This document shows positions 10,830 through 20,099 of a stretch of 64,000 nucleotides of DNA, in pieces. The notes beneath the pieces are model-generated. The model made no database searches. It was not told the origin of the DNA and was given only the letters and a program-made list of their open reading frames with translations. The translations under genes and the position numbers were made by a program. The stretch lies in IMG/VR virus record IMGVR_UViG_3300042888_002665, one strand, 5' to 3'. The DNA comes from a virus. Each line of letters starts with the position of its first letter. Position 1 is the first letter of the stretch.

Positions 10830-12554
10830 TTATCCTTCTAATGCTAAGTTTAATGGTGTTATTTGTGCTGATATTGCTTTGTTGAATGTTCTACCTTCAA
10901 TTGTACCTGTTTCTTGTCTAATTACAAAATCATTACCCGCATAAAAATCACCTGTTTCATCTCCTGATGTATGGAATACCCTTCCACCAGTTTCTTCTAC
11001 AATACGTAATGCTACATTTGTTTCTCCAACACCCCCTTGATTTATTGGTAGTGCTAAAAAGTTAACACCAGCACCAGCATATGAAAAATCATGCGATGTT
11101 GATGTAATTAATGAACCAAATTCTTGTAAATATTGAGCGCCAGCTCCATTTACATCAACTGCAGTAACTGTATCTATTAATACAGTCATTAATTGATTGA
11201 CTTTATTTCTAGCTGGTGTTGAAAGTGTAGAAAAATTACCTGACGGATCATCTACAATATATTTTCTAATAAATTGCCATCCTAAAATAAAATCCCCAAT
11301 TAATGATCCACTTGCATTCGATGCTCTAGGAACAACAGATACTGCTCCTTTAGTAAATAAAGAACCAGATGCTATAGGTAAAGTAAAAATACTACCTGAT
11401 GATACATCTTGTCCTTTAAACATACCTGAAGTGAATTGAGATATACGAGCTGCTCCTGGTGATAATAAATCATCAGCAAGCGAATCAACTATTATTCCAC
11501 TATCTTTATAACAATATGTTGAACCAGAATAATAATTTTCTTTATAGCTACCCGATATTAATAACTGTTGGGTCATGTATTCTTGAATGTTTGCTTTATT
11601 TGCACTAATCAATAATGAACCCGAAACATCAATAGAAGTACTTACAGCACTTATATCTGGTTTAACTAGCATTCTTAATCCTTTAGATCGTAATCCAAAA
11701 TCACCAAATGTAGTATTTGAGTTTAGTAATGATGCGTGTCCTCCATCTATGCAATAAACACCTACACGTGAAAAGTTAGTAAAAAATGATACTAATTGAG
11801 CATATCCTCTACCTCTAACACATATACCAATTCCGTTAAATGCTACCTGTGTGTATGCATCTACAATCATTGATTTTAGAGGTGAATATCCATCTAAAAC
11901 AGAATCATCTACTATCATACCACCTGGACCGTTTCCAATTAATGGATTAGCTGAGCCTGAATCTAATGGAGAATAAAATTTATCTGCTGGTGTTGCAATA
12001 GCAGAACAGTTCTGAACATAGGGTGAAGTAACGATTGATGCACTTGGAGCAAATGCAAAGAAGAAACCATTTCTTGGATCTTCTAAATTATCAATTTTGC
12101 ATCCTTCTAAACGTAATCCGTAACAATAGGTTCCATTATTCATTAAGAATAAATTCGAACCTGATGTTGCAGTTGTTGGTGATACTACTACTGATCTTAA
12201 ATCATCACCTAATATAGATACATTTGATGGAACTGTAATAGGTGCTATTTCTGTATAGTATCCACTCTTAACTTGAATACTTTGTCTGTATACTGGAAGT
12301 CCTGGATTAGCAGCTCTTGAAGCAGATGCTGCAATTGTAGCTGCTTTAATTGTGCGAAATGGGAATGAAAGTGATTTACCATTATTTGTATCTGATCCGT
12401 CTTCGGCAACATAGAATACTTTATCAATAGTATCTATATCTGTTAATCCAGCTCCAGAACCATTAAATGAGGAAGCGCTTATGAATGTGGTTACATTCAG
12501 TGAATTCAGGCTAGCATCCGATCCGGATACAATCAGTTTTTTCCAATTTGGCAT
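10830..12554 (-). CDS. Tail protein with DUF1565/pectin-lyase-like right-handed beta-helix region
   Basis: FYVAEDGSDTNNGKS...PFRTIKAA...I.VKSG.Y.E...I.VP.NVSI.GD.LR is the classic N-cap of a beta-helix domain. Confidence 0.7.
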   Translation of the reverse strand: MPNWKKLIVSGSDASLNSLNVTTFISASSFNGSGAGLTDIDTIDKVFYVAEDGSDTNNGKSLSFPFRTIKAATIAASASRAANPGLPVYRQSIQVKSGYYTEIAPITVPSNVSILGDDLRSVVVSPTTATSGSNLFLMNNGTYCYGLRLEGCKIDNLEDPRNGFFFAFAPSASIVTSPYVQNCSAIATPADKFYSPLDSGSANPLIGNGPGGMIVDDSVLDGYSPLKSMIVDAYTQVAFNGIGICVRGRGYAQLVSFFTNFSRVGVYCIDGGHASLLNSNTTFGDFGLRSKGLRMLVKPDISAVSTSIDVSGSLLISANKANIQEYMTQQLLISGSYKENYYSGSTYCYKDSGIIVDSLADDLLSPGAARISQFTSGMFKGQDVSSGSIFTLPIASGSLFTKGAVSVVPRASNASGSLIGDFILGWQFIRKYIVDDPSGNFSTLSTPARNKVNQLMTVLIDTVTAVDVNGAGAQYLQEFGSLITSTSHDFSYAGAGVNFLALPINQGGVGETNVALRIVEETGGRVFHTSGDETGDFYAGNDFVIRQETGTIEGRTFNKAISAQITPLNLALEG

Positions 12555-12647
12555 ATCTTAGTAAACTTTATGTTAAGTGTGGTTAGATACATATACTATG
12601 CCTAGCATATATGCCTACTTCCGTTGGGCCAACAATTAACTATTTAC
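12555..12647 (-). promoter_or_regulatory. Candidate structured 5' leader of the 10830..12554 gene
   Basis: Nested complementary segments on the sense strand (GUAAAU/GUUUAC, GUUAA/UUAAC, GUUGG/CUAAC, UAUGC-UAG-GCAUA) lie between an ATATTTAT motif and the ATG. Confidence 0.4.
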
Positions 12648-12656
12648 AATAAATAT
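12648..12656 (-). promoter_or_regulatory. ATATTTATT putative late promoter
   Basis: Precedes the structured leader of 10830..12554. Confidence 0.55.
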
Positions 12657-12661
12657 ACGAT

Positions 12662-12868
12662 TTATCTAGTTTCTTCTAGAAATTGATTCTGAAGTTTGAG
12701 AACTAAATTATATATAATTTCAATATGTTCTCCTAAAAAACTAGATTTTTTGATTAGATTAATTAAAAGTTCCAACTCCTCCTTTGATAATTTATTTTCA
12801 TCAGGTGAAGTTGGAACATTATTATTCTCAAGAGTATTTACTCTAACATTCTTTGCTGTAATTCCCAT
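12662..12868 (-). CDS. Small helical hypothetical protein (possible fibre assembly chaperone)
   Basis: 68 aa ORF filling the gap between fibre genes, with an amphipathic C-terminal helix (IYNLVLKLQNQF). Confidence 0.55.
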   Translation of the reverse strand: MGITAKNVRVNTLENNNVPTSPDENKLSKEELELLINLIKKSSFLGEHIEIIYNLVLKLQNQFLEETR

Positions 12869-12897
12869 AACGATTTTATGTAACTATATCTTTAATT

Positions 12898-13860
12898 TTA
12901 AACGTAAATATAAATTTCTCCGCTTTCTACTCTAATATTACCTACTTTTTGATACTCAACTATGTCTGAAGTTACTACTGCGGCCGCAAAAGCATCTGGA
13001 ACGAAAGAACTTGCTGTAGAATTTAAAGATGCTGTAAAACCCCAACGAGTAGTACCACCATCAAATGCAAATGCGTGTCCAATACCATTTCCTTCATCTA
13101 CTATTAAACCAGCTTCGTCTGGATTTGTTGAGCCAGAATTTAATAATATGAATTTATCTTCAACTGCTAAATTAGCTACATTTAAATAAGTTAAATCACC
13201 ATTTACAGTTAAATTGCCTCCAACTGTTAAATCAGTAGTAATACTTACACTATTAGGTAAACCAACAGTTAATGTATTTGTAGTATCATTATAATCAGTA
13301 TCGATTTCATTAGCAGTACCATTAATTTTTAATGTTTCTGTTTTTAGATCGATTGAACCAGATGATAAAACTCCACCTGCAGTAGATGCACTAATGAATA
13401 ATGTACTAACTAAGCCAGTTAAATTAGCACCATCACCAGCAAACGATCCAGTAAATGAACCGGTTAATTGTGAACTAGCTCCAGTTAACTGAATTGAACT
13501 AGCACCTGAAACTACAGTTCCATTATCTGTTAAAGTAGTATCTGCAAATGCATCTCCAGTCCATTTCGAAATTCTATTTGAAGATAAAGCGGATGAACCA
13601 GAAACTGCTACTGTAGCTGAACCAGTACCATTATATGAAAATGCTGAGACTCCAGTACCATTAGTAATAGCTGAGTCTAGAGCTACATTAGTTAATCCGC
13701 TTCCATTTCCTCTAAATGATCCTGAAAATGAACCAGATAGTATTGTTGATGAAGGAGATGTTGTTATTAATTGACCATTCTGTACGTAAAAGGCACTTGC
13801 TGATACTGCGGATAGTTCAGCTACACTACCTGATACAATGACTTTTTTCCAAACTGCCAT
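12898..13860 (-). CDS. Tail fibre-like structural protein
   Basis: The N-terminus MAVWKKVIVSGS is paralogous to MPNWKKLIVSGS. Has a GGNLTVNG...NL.VEDKFILLNSGS fibre motif and SGSF repeats. Confidence 0.7.
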   Translation of the reverse strand: MAVWKKVIVSGSVAELSAVSASAFYVQNGQLITTSPSSTILSGSFSGSFRGNGSGLTNVALDSAITNGTGVSAFSYNGTGSATVAVSGSSALSSNRISKWTGDAFADTTLTDNGTVVSGASSIQLTGASSQLTGSFTGSFAGDGANLTGLVSTLFISASTAGGVLSSGSIDLKTETLKINGTANEIDTDYNDTTNTLTVGLPNSVSITTDLTVGGNLTVNGDLTYLNVANLAVEDKFILLNSGSTNPDEAGLIVDEGNGIGHAFAFDGGTTRWGFTASLNSTASSFVPDAFAAAVVTSDIVEYQKVGNIRVESGEIYIYV

Positions 13861-13889
13861 TTTTTATTGTTTTTTTAGTATTATTCCGT

Positions 13890-13898
13890 TATAAATAT
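13890..13898 (-). promoter_or_regulatory. ATATTTATA putative late promoter
   Basis: Upstream of ATG 13860. Confidence 0.6.
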
Positions 13899-13902
13899 AT
13901 AA

Positions 13903-14322
13903 TTATTCTAAACCCACATACATTGAAGACGAGGTGAAATAAATATCACCAGCACTAGCAGAAATAGTAAATGGATTTACAGATTGTGTAGCTACATTTA
14001 TTATTCCATTTTGTTTTACTTCGAATATATTTTGATTAGAATTGTTTTTAATTAAAAATAATGTATTATTATTTGAACCAGTAATAAATAAAGTACCTTT
14101 AGTAAATACAGATCCGGTAATTGTTAGTGATCCAGAAATTAAAGTACTAATATTAACAACAAATCCATCAACAGGAGAAATTGATGCAGTTGCACTACCA
14201 CTAGCAATACGAGGTGCTATTAATGCTACTACACTTGTTAATCCACTACCGTCACCAGCAAAGGAACCGGTAAAAGATCCTGATATTGGTTTACGTAGTT
14301 GTTTACTGTTTACTAATGCCAT
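13903..14322 (-). CDS. Short tail fibre-like structural protein
   Basis: SGSFTGSFAGDGSGLT motif shared with the neighbouring genes. Confidence 0.6.
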   Translation of the reverse strand: MALVNSKQLRKPISGSFTGSFAGDGSGLTSVVALIAPRIASGSATASISPVDGFVVNISTLISGSLTITGSVFTKGTLFITGSNNNTLFLIKNNSNQNIFEVKQNGIINVATQSVNPFTISASAGDIYFTSSSMYVGLE

Positions 14323-14324
14323 TC

Positions 14325-15572
14325 TTATAAGAATTTACCGATTGCTATAACTTCGTCACTTGTTTCTAAATTATACCCTAAAGCATTAGTATCAAAAGTT
14401 ACAGTACATGTTCCATTTCCGTTGTCTACAAATGTTGAAACAACACTAAATCGTATATAAATACCATTAATGTAGAAAGTAAAATTATCTTTAGATGTTG
14501 GAGGGAATGCTGATGATAATGGAGCAGGTAAAAATTCTGCATTAAATGTAGCTGTATTTACTGTAACAGAATCTGCTACTTTTACAAGTGATCTATTTAA
14601 ATATGTTAATTGATCAGATGCAATAGATGTATTTATTGTTACATTACTTCCACCTTCAAATATAGTTGTGGAATTTGTAGATCCCATAGTTAAAGCACTT
14701 AATGTAGATATGTCTTGACCGGTCAAATCATCTGTAGTAGTTTCAAAATTAAAAACCAACTGCGATGTCGAGTAATAAATATCAGCGTTAGCTATTTGTT
14801 TATTAATAACATCCGGTATAATATATCCTTGTAATACGATATTAAAATTAGTACGAACGGTTCTACCATCCGTAGTATTTACTTCAGTTGTATTAGTGAA
14901 TTGGTCAATTCGTGCTCTAAACTTAAAACGAGAAAAATCACCCCAATACGAGTCAGAAGCAAAATTAATAGCTTCAATAATTGGATTAATTTGTTCTATA
15001 TAATCAGTAAATATAGCACATGAATATGTTAAAGTAACATAATCAGGTATAACAGACATGTATACCTCTTTTGAAGGTTGTCTGTTAGTTAAAATTGAAA
15101 ATTTATCGTATTGGTTTTTAGGATTAAATCGTTGTTCAAATACTTGATAATTATGTACTTTATTTCCATCTAATTTATTACCTAATGAGCGATTTTTTTC
15201 CAACGTATCACGTTTGTACATGATAATCGGAGCCATTATTTTACCATCTTTATCACGATAAACTCCATCAGATTGGACTGACTTCCATCGTTCTGGAGAT
15301 CCATAAACGATAGGTACCATTACTCGTTCCCCATTCTGTATTACTGATGGTTTAATTGTATTTTCAAAATAATACTTAATTACTTCATCATGATCTTTTA
15401 ATGATACTGAAAAGTCTTTTATTGTTTTATCTTTAAAAGATATTTCTCTACCTCTATTTTTAGAAAATACAGTATCAGTAGGTGTTTTACTTATCGTATT
15501 GATATAAGGAACAAACGCTTCTTGAACGACTTGTGATTGGTTTTTAGGAAGTGGTTTTAAATCTCTAGCCAT
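14325..15572 (-). CDS. Tail terminator/sheath stabiliser (T4 gp15-like) with C-terminal extension
   Basis: VPIVYG.PERW, P.Y..LTY...IFTDY.EQ.N.IIE.I and 'RT.F...LQGYI' match gp15-type motifs; it follows the gp13- and gp14-like genes. Confidence 0.7.
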   Translation of the reverse strand: MARDLKPLPKNQSQVVQEAFVPYINTISKTPTDTVFSKNRGREISFKDKTIKDFSVSLKDHDEVIKYYFENTIKPSVIQNGERVMVPIVYGSPERWKSVQSDGVYRDKDGKIMAPIIMYKRDTLEKNRSLGNKLDGNKVHNYQVFEQRFNPKNQYDKFSILTNRQPSKEVYMSVIPDYVTLTYSCAIFTDYIEQINPIIEAINFASDSYWGDFSRFKFRARIDQFTNTTEVNTTDGRTVRTNFNIVLQGYIIPDVINKQIANADIYYSTSQLVFNFETTTDDLTGQDISTLSALTMGSTNSTTIFEGGSNVTINTSIASDQLTYLNRSLVKVADSVTVNTATFNAEFLPAPLSSAFPPTSKDNFTFYINGIYIRFSVVSTFVDNGNGTCTVTFDTNALGYNLETSDEVIAIGKFL

Positions 15573-16060
15573 TATAATCGTTCTTTAGATAAACCTAACT
15601 TTTCAGGACGTATGTACTGAGCAGTTACAATAATTGAAATACTAGAACCAAAATCAGTAGTATCATCATACGCGTATACTGGATCTTTACCTACTACAAA
15701 TTGATTTTCAACAATCCCCGATAACTCATAATAGTTTTCTTGCCATAATACAACATCACCAACTTGAGGAACTAAGTTAATATCCACAAGAATATCGCGT
15801 AAAAACCGTACATTAATTTCACGAGTAACATCAGTACCAAATTCAGTTTCAGTCCATGCTTGAGCATTACGTTCAATTAGACAATTTACTAAAATAGGGT
15901 CATTATATGTTTTATTAGATGATTCTCCGTATATGTTAGATGTTGTTTTTTCTAGATTAATAGTATAATATCCAACTGATTGCTGGATGATATTATTAAT
16001 CAATTCTTTATTGATGTGACGAAATAATGATATGTCTCTAGAGCCTCCAAACAACGCCAT
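15572..16060 (-). CDS. Neck protein (T4 gp14-like head completion)
   Basis: Pattern D...F..INKEL...I.Q..V.YY....IYGE...K.Y...P.VGD...W...YYE; lies between the gp13-like and gp15-like genes. Confidence 0.65.
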   Translation of the reverse strand: MALFGGSRDISLFRHINKELINNIIQQSVGYYTINLEKTTSNIYGESSNKTYNDPILVNCLIERNAQAWTETEFGTDVTREINVRFLRDILVDINLVPQVGDVVLWQENYYELSGIVENQFVVGKDPVYAYDDTTDFGSSISIIVTAQYIRPEKLGLSKERL

Positions 16061-16061
16061 A

Positions 16062-16391
16062 TTAGTAGTTTCTAATTTTGACTAATGATTTTTCACGTGG
16101 GAAAAATTTGACTAATCCATTAATACCTAAAGCAGAATCTTTAATCATTCTAATTGTCTCTTCAGGTGTACCTTCGTTAATAAATTTAATTTCAAGTAGT
16201 GCATAATCGTAATTAGCATCAGATAATGATTCTAATTTATCATTTGAAATAACTTTAATTACAACAATATCTTTAATTGCTCTAACTTGATTATAAATTT
16301 CGGTCTGGTTTGCTTTAGCTTTTTCTACCTTAATTATGGCTTGCATAAAGTAAGTTTCAAATGCCTCTAAAAGTAAATCTACTAATTTCAT
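16062..16391 (-). CDS. Hypothetical protein with MKLVDLLLE leader
   Basis: 109 aa ORF packed tightly in the operon; the leader ends in L-L-E. Confidence 0.6.
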   Translation of the reverse strand: MKLVDLLLEAFETYFMQAIIKVEKAKANQTEIYNQVRAIKDIVVIKVISNDKLESLSDANYDYALLEIKFINEGTPEETIRMIKDSALGINGLVKFFPREKSLVKIRNY

Positions 16392-16392
16392 A

Positions 16393-17547
16393 TTAAAATA
16401 TATAAATCGGTAATGGAACTTGTTGTAAAGTTTGGTTTACAAATCCTTCATCCATTGAACGTTTTTCTAATTGTTTTGTTCTAGAAGAATCTTCTAGTGT
16501 ACCACGTAATTGTTCTAACAATGCTATTTTTTCAGAACGAGCATCAGTAATTAAATCAGCTTGATTTAATGTTACTTCAGATCCTGGGATTGGTATGGTA
16601 CCGTACTTACCACGAACATATGCTAACATTTCTTTCACCAATGCTAGTGTGTATTGGAATACCCACATTTTACCTACTGAGTTAATCTGAGAATATACTG
16701 GGTTATTGTAAGGTACGTTAGATACATTTGTAACCAAATTGGTAGCTGATCCACTTATAAATGATTGATTACGTTCTGATTTCTTAATATAATGAAATAA
16801 TAAAGTAGTATCTGTTACTGGTATTGGAAATAATCTTAATTGATTGTTTATCAAATCAAACGAATATGCTGATTTTCTAACTTGGTCGTTTAATTCGATT
16901 GCTTGTAATTTTAGCATATCAAAATTCAATGGCATTAACATAAAGTTAATACCTGGAGAATATGATCCGAAGTTAAATGTTTCAAGTAATGATTGTATAC
17001 CTGTACCTGTACCAGCATATGGATCAAAATAACGAACAATTGCTGGAGGTGTTTGTTGGAATACTGTTTTAACTTCAATCGAATCGCCTGGTTGTAATGA
17101 TGCTGATTGTGCCGCCCAAGTATTTAAATTGTAATTTTGATTACCTGCTGTTATCGGAATTGAGGCTGTATACCAAGTTGTAGTACCACCAACACCAGCT
17201 TCAGAACCGTATGTTGAAGCAATTTTGATTGTAGATGATAAATTAGGAGTGATTACTTGGTTATTTAGAGCAGATCCAGTTGAGGATCCTTCCATCGAAA
17301 TATAATTTTCTCTAATTTTCCATTGATATACTTCGTTTCCGTATATTGTAACTGCTTCTTCGAATGCAGCATAGAATTGAATATCTTGTAATTCAATATT
17401 TTCGATTGGATATCCTAAACGTTGTGCACACCACTTTACTACTTTATCAGCATCGGTTCTAAATGTAGAATCGGCATCATAAAAACCAAACGGAGTAGAT
17501 CCAGTAGTAAAAAAAGTTGAACCAGTATATATTGCTATGTTAGCCAT
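16393..17547 (-). CDS. Neck protein (T4 gp13-like adaptor)
   Basis: RLGYP...IEL.D.Q......EA near the N-terminus and W..QY.LAL.KEML...RGKY..IP.PG..VTLN..DL...A..EK..L.E.L near the C-terminus are gp13-type motifs. Confidence 0.75.
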   Translation of the reverse strand: MANIAIYTGSTFFTTGSTPFGFYDADSTFRTDADKVVKWCAQRLGYPIENIELQDIQFYAAFEEAVTIYGNEVYQWKIRENYISMEGSSTGSALNNQVITPNLSSTIKIASTYGSEAGVGGTTTWYTASIPITAGNQNYNLNTWAAQSASLQPGDSIEVKTVFQQTPPAIVRYFDPYAGTGTGIQSLLETFNFGSYSPGINFMLMPLNFDMLKLQAIELNDQVRKSAYSFDLINNQLRLFPIPVTDTTLLFHYIKKSERNQSFISGSATNLVTNVSNVPYNNPVYSQINSVGKMWVFQYTLALVKEMLAYVRGKYGTIPIPGSEVTLNQADLITDARSEKIALLEQLRGTLEDSSRTKQLEKRSMDEGFVNQTLQQVPLPIYIF

Positions 17548-17569
17548 TAATCAGATATGTAGTGTTTGT

Positions 17570-17578
17570 TATAAATAT
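17570..17578 (-). promoter_or_regulatory. ATATTTATA putative late promoter
   Basis: Upstream of the gp13-like ATG 17547. Confidence 0.6.
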
Positions 17579-17595
17579 TGACTTAGTACACTATA

Positions 17596-18291
17596 CTATA
17601 AATCTCTTAATTCTTTATACATATTTAAAACTGACTCCACAATTGGATGTCTATGATTTGTTTTTAATGTAATAGCAGCTACTCCTTTTACAGATCCTGC
17701 TACTTGCTTTGATAGAAAATACATACCAGAATCTTTTTTAGATTTTAGATCTATCTGAGTAGTATCGCCTACAATCACCATTTTACTTCCTTTACATAAA
17801 CGAGATATTACCATTTCCATTTGGGAATCAGTAACGTTTTGTGCCTCGTCTACAATAATAAATGCATTTGAAAAGTTACGTCCACGCATAAATGCGAATG
17901 GAACGATTTCAATATCCCCCTCTTCAAAATACTTATCCACCTTTACTTTATCGTATAAACGATATGCATTATCGTATATTGGAGCAACAAATGGATCTAA
18001 TTTCTCTTTAATTCCGCCAGGTAAAAAGCCAATTTCTTCTTTAGCTGTTACTACTGGTCTTGCTATAATAATTTTTTCAACTTCCTTGTTAAATAGCTGA
18101 TCCAATGCTGTTTGGACTGCTACTAATGTCTTACCGCTTCCTGCCTGCCCTGTAATGATTGTTATATCATTTTCTAGAATTTTTGCTTTTGTTTCTTTTT
18201 GTTCTTCATTTAATTGAAGTTGGAACTTAATTGGACTTTTCGGTTTACGTTTTTCAGTAAACATTGGATCCGTGTGGTGATTTGAAGCCAT
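17596..18291 (-). CDS. phoH: PhoH-like ATPase
   Basis: GQAGSGKT, ARPVV, IGFLPG, FMRGR.F, DEAQN and GD..Q.D motifs. Start moved to MASNHH (18291) because the ORF-track start (18315) falls inside the ATATTTAT motif. Confidence 0.93.
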   Translation of the reverse strand: MASNHHTDPMFTEKRKPKSPIKFQLQLNEEQKETKAKILENDITIITGQAGSGKTLVAVQTALDQLFNKEVEKIIIARPVVTAKEEIGFLPGGIKEKLDPFVAPIYDNAYRLYDKVKVDKYFEEGDIEIVPFAFMRGRNFSNAFIIVDEAQNVTDSQMEMVISRLCKGSKMVIVGDTTQIDLKSKKDSGMYFLSKQVAGSVKGVAAITLKTNHRHPIVESVLNMYKELRDL

Positions 18292-18313
18292 AAAACTTAT
18301 TTTAGTTATCAGC

Positions 18314-18322
18314 AATAAATAT
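18314..18322 (-). promoter_or_regulatory. ATATTTATT putative late promoter
   Basis: Upstream of phoH ATG 18291. Confidence 0.55.
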
Positions 18323-18334
18323 AAAAAAATAACA

Positions 18335-18405
18335 TTTCCTAATTATATTCATAATATAAAAATATAATTTAAAATATTGTTGAAATTAATTTATTTCCCA
18401 ATTAT
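18335..18405 (+). promoter_or_regulatory. Tandem TTTCC(T/C)AATTAT motifs upstream of the RadA-like gene
   Basis: Copies at 18335-18346 and 18394-18405; the same motif precedes 32631, 34006 and 43052. Confidence 0.5.
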
Positions 18406-18436
18406 CTTTAATTTATAACTAAAAACAAATAATATT

Positions 18437-19231
18437 ATGAATAATCAAATTAAAAGAGGCCGTCCGGCTAAAGAAAGAGACGTGGTTGAAACATTCGATC
18501 CACAATCAATTAAAATTGTTTATAACAAACAATTAAATTTCAGTAATACATTATTTGAACCATTAAAAACAGAATCAGAACTAGATATGATTTTATCTAC
18601 TGATGGTGGTATAATGCCTGCTGTTAATATGGTTATTGTTGGTGGGCCAGGTACTGGTAAAACAACTATAGCATTAGATATGATTTCTAAATTGATTAAT
18701 CAAGGATATAAATGTTTATTTGTATCTGCTGAAATGGATGAAATTGGTTATTATAAGTACTGTAAGCGATTACCTCAATTTGAAAATATTCCTGTATTAT
18801 TTGCTAAAAATTATGCTACAAATATTAAATCAACAATCGAATACACATTCGATCAAGGTTGGGATGTAGTAGTTGTTGACTCGTTAGCTGAATTGGTTGG
18901 AATGTATAAAGAACAATATAAAACAACTGAATATTTTGCTGAACGTTGGTTATTAGGTTTAGAAGATCGTATTAAAAAGGGTAATAATCAGGGTAGTTAT
19001 TATACATCATTTATTAATGTACAACAAGTAACTAAAGGAGATGATTTTGTTGGATCAAACAGAATCAAACACATGACTGATTCGATGGCGCATATTGAAC
19101 GTTCTAGAGATAGATTACAGCGTACTATTTATTTTTCTAAAAATAGAGATTGCGATAAAGATTTTAAAATGTATTTTTCGTTTTATAAAGATAAAGTATT
19201 TTATACATTTGAAGAAGAAGAAAAACAATAA
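18437..19231 (+). CDS. RadA/Sms-like RecA-family ATPase (no Zn finger or Lon domain) with N-terminal AT-hook-like RGRP
   Basis: ELD.IL..DGG.......I.GGPGTGKTT (Walker A), VVVVDS (Walker B) and QVTK....GSNRIKHMTD...SKNR, which aligns by eye to RadA HVTK..GP..LEHMVD..KNR. Confidence 0.75.
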   Translation: MNNQIKRGRPAKERDVVETFDPQSIKIVYNKQLNFSNTLFEPLKTESELDMILSTDGGIMPAVNMVIVGGPGTGKTTIALDMISKLINQGYKCLFVSAEMDEIGYYKYCKRLPQFENIPVLFAKNYATNIKSTIEYTFDQGWDVVVVDSLAELVGMYKEQYKTTEYFAERWLLGLEDRIKKGNNQGSYYTSFINVQQVTKGDDFVGSNRIKHMTDSMAHIERSRDRLQRTIYFSKNRDCDKDFKMYFSFYKDKVFYTFEEEEKQ

Positions 19232-19242
19232 ATAACTATAAT

Positions 19243-20022
19243 ATGCGACACAATTTTATTCCAGTAAATTCATTTGATAAAGCATTAGCTTTTGCTCCGT
19301 CCATGCATCTAAATTTTAGAGATGATCAACTAATTAAAAGTAAACCATATACTATTAATACACAAGATATTTTAAACCCATTAATGGATTCAGGATGGAA
19401 TATTGACGGTGTAGCTGAAAAACGCAAAGGTAAGAATGGCCAAGTAAATCAACATTTTATTAAACTAACACATCCTGATCTGAATCTGAACGTTAAATCA
19501 AATAATGAAGGTAAATCGCAGTTATTAATCTCTAATAAAGTATGCGGCAGTTCACCACTCAATATAGATTTAGGAGTATATCGTCAAGTATGCAGTAATG
19601 GAATGTGGGCGATGGATACCGCGTGGGAAAACAATATATCACATACTAAACGCTCATTCGATAATCTACCTAATATTATTCAATCAACTGTAAATAATGT
19701 TAATGAATTTATGAAAAAGTTAAATCAAATGGCTAATGTTGATTTAAATGAAGATGAGATGAATGATTTAGCTGAACGTGCTGCTCGTTTACGTTTTGGT
19801 GATGATGTTGAGCGTCATATTATTAATCAATTATTAGATGTTCGTCGTAAAGAAGATGCTGATAATGATTTATACACTGTGTATAATCGCGTTCAAGAAG
19901 GATTAACCAAAAATAATATATTAATTAATCTACAAGGTAAACCATTATTAGGTGTTAATAATATAAAAGAAGATATTGAAATTAATAAACAATTATTTCA
20001 ATTAGTTGAAGAATATATTTGA
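19243..20022 (+). CDS. DUF932-family protein
   Basis: G.YRQVCSNG and RR.ED..NDL.TVYNRVQE.L motifs are characteristic of DUF932. Confidence 0.8.
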   Translation: MRHNFIPVNSFDKALAFAPSMHLNFRDDQLIKSKPYTINTQDILNPLMDSGWNIDGVAEKRKGKNGQVNQHFIKLTHPDLNLNVKSNNEGKSQLLISNKVCGSSPLNIDLGVYRQVCSNGMWAMDTAWENNISHTKRSFDNLPNIIQSTVNNVNEFMKKLNQMANVDLNEDEMNDLAERAARLRFGDDVERHIINQLLDVRRKEDADNDLYTVYNRVQEGLTKNNILINLQGKPLLGVNNIKEDIEINKQLFQLVEEYI

Positions 20023-20051
20023 TAATTATTATTTGTTTTAGAGTTAAAGAA

Positions 20052-20072
20052 GGCCGACGTTTTGCGTCGGCC
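20052..20072. terminator. Bidirectional intrinsic terminator between the convergent DUF932 and capsid genes
   Basis: GGCCGACG-TTTTG-CGTCGGCC 8-bp stem, with a T-rich tract downstream on each strand. Confidence 0.85.
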
Positions 20073-20099
20073 ATTCTTTTATTCTAAAAATTAGAAATA

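Noticed and set aside
1-14322. Diversity-generating retroelement targeting fibre tips
   Set aside because: No reverse transcriptase and no near-identical TR/VR pair differing at adenines is visible. The repeats differ at synonymous positions instead.
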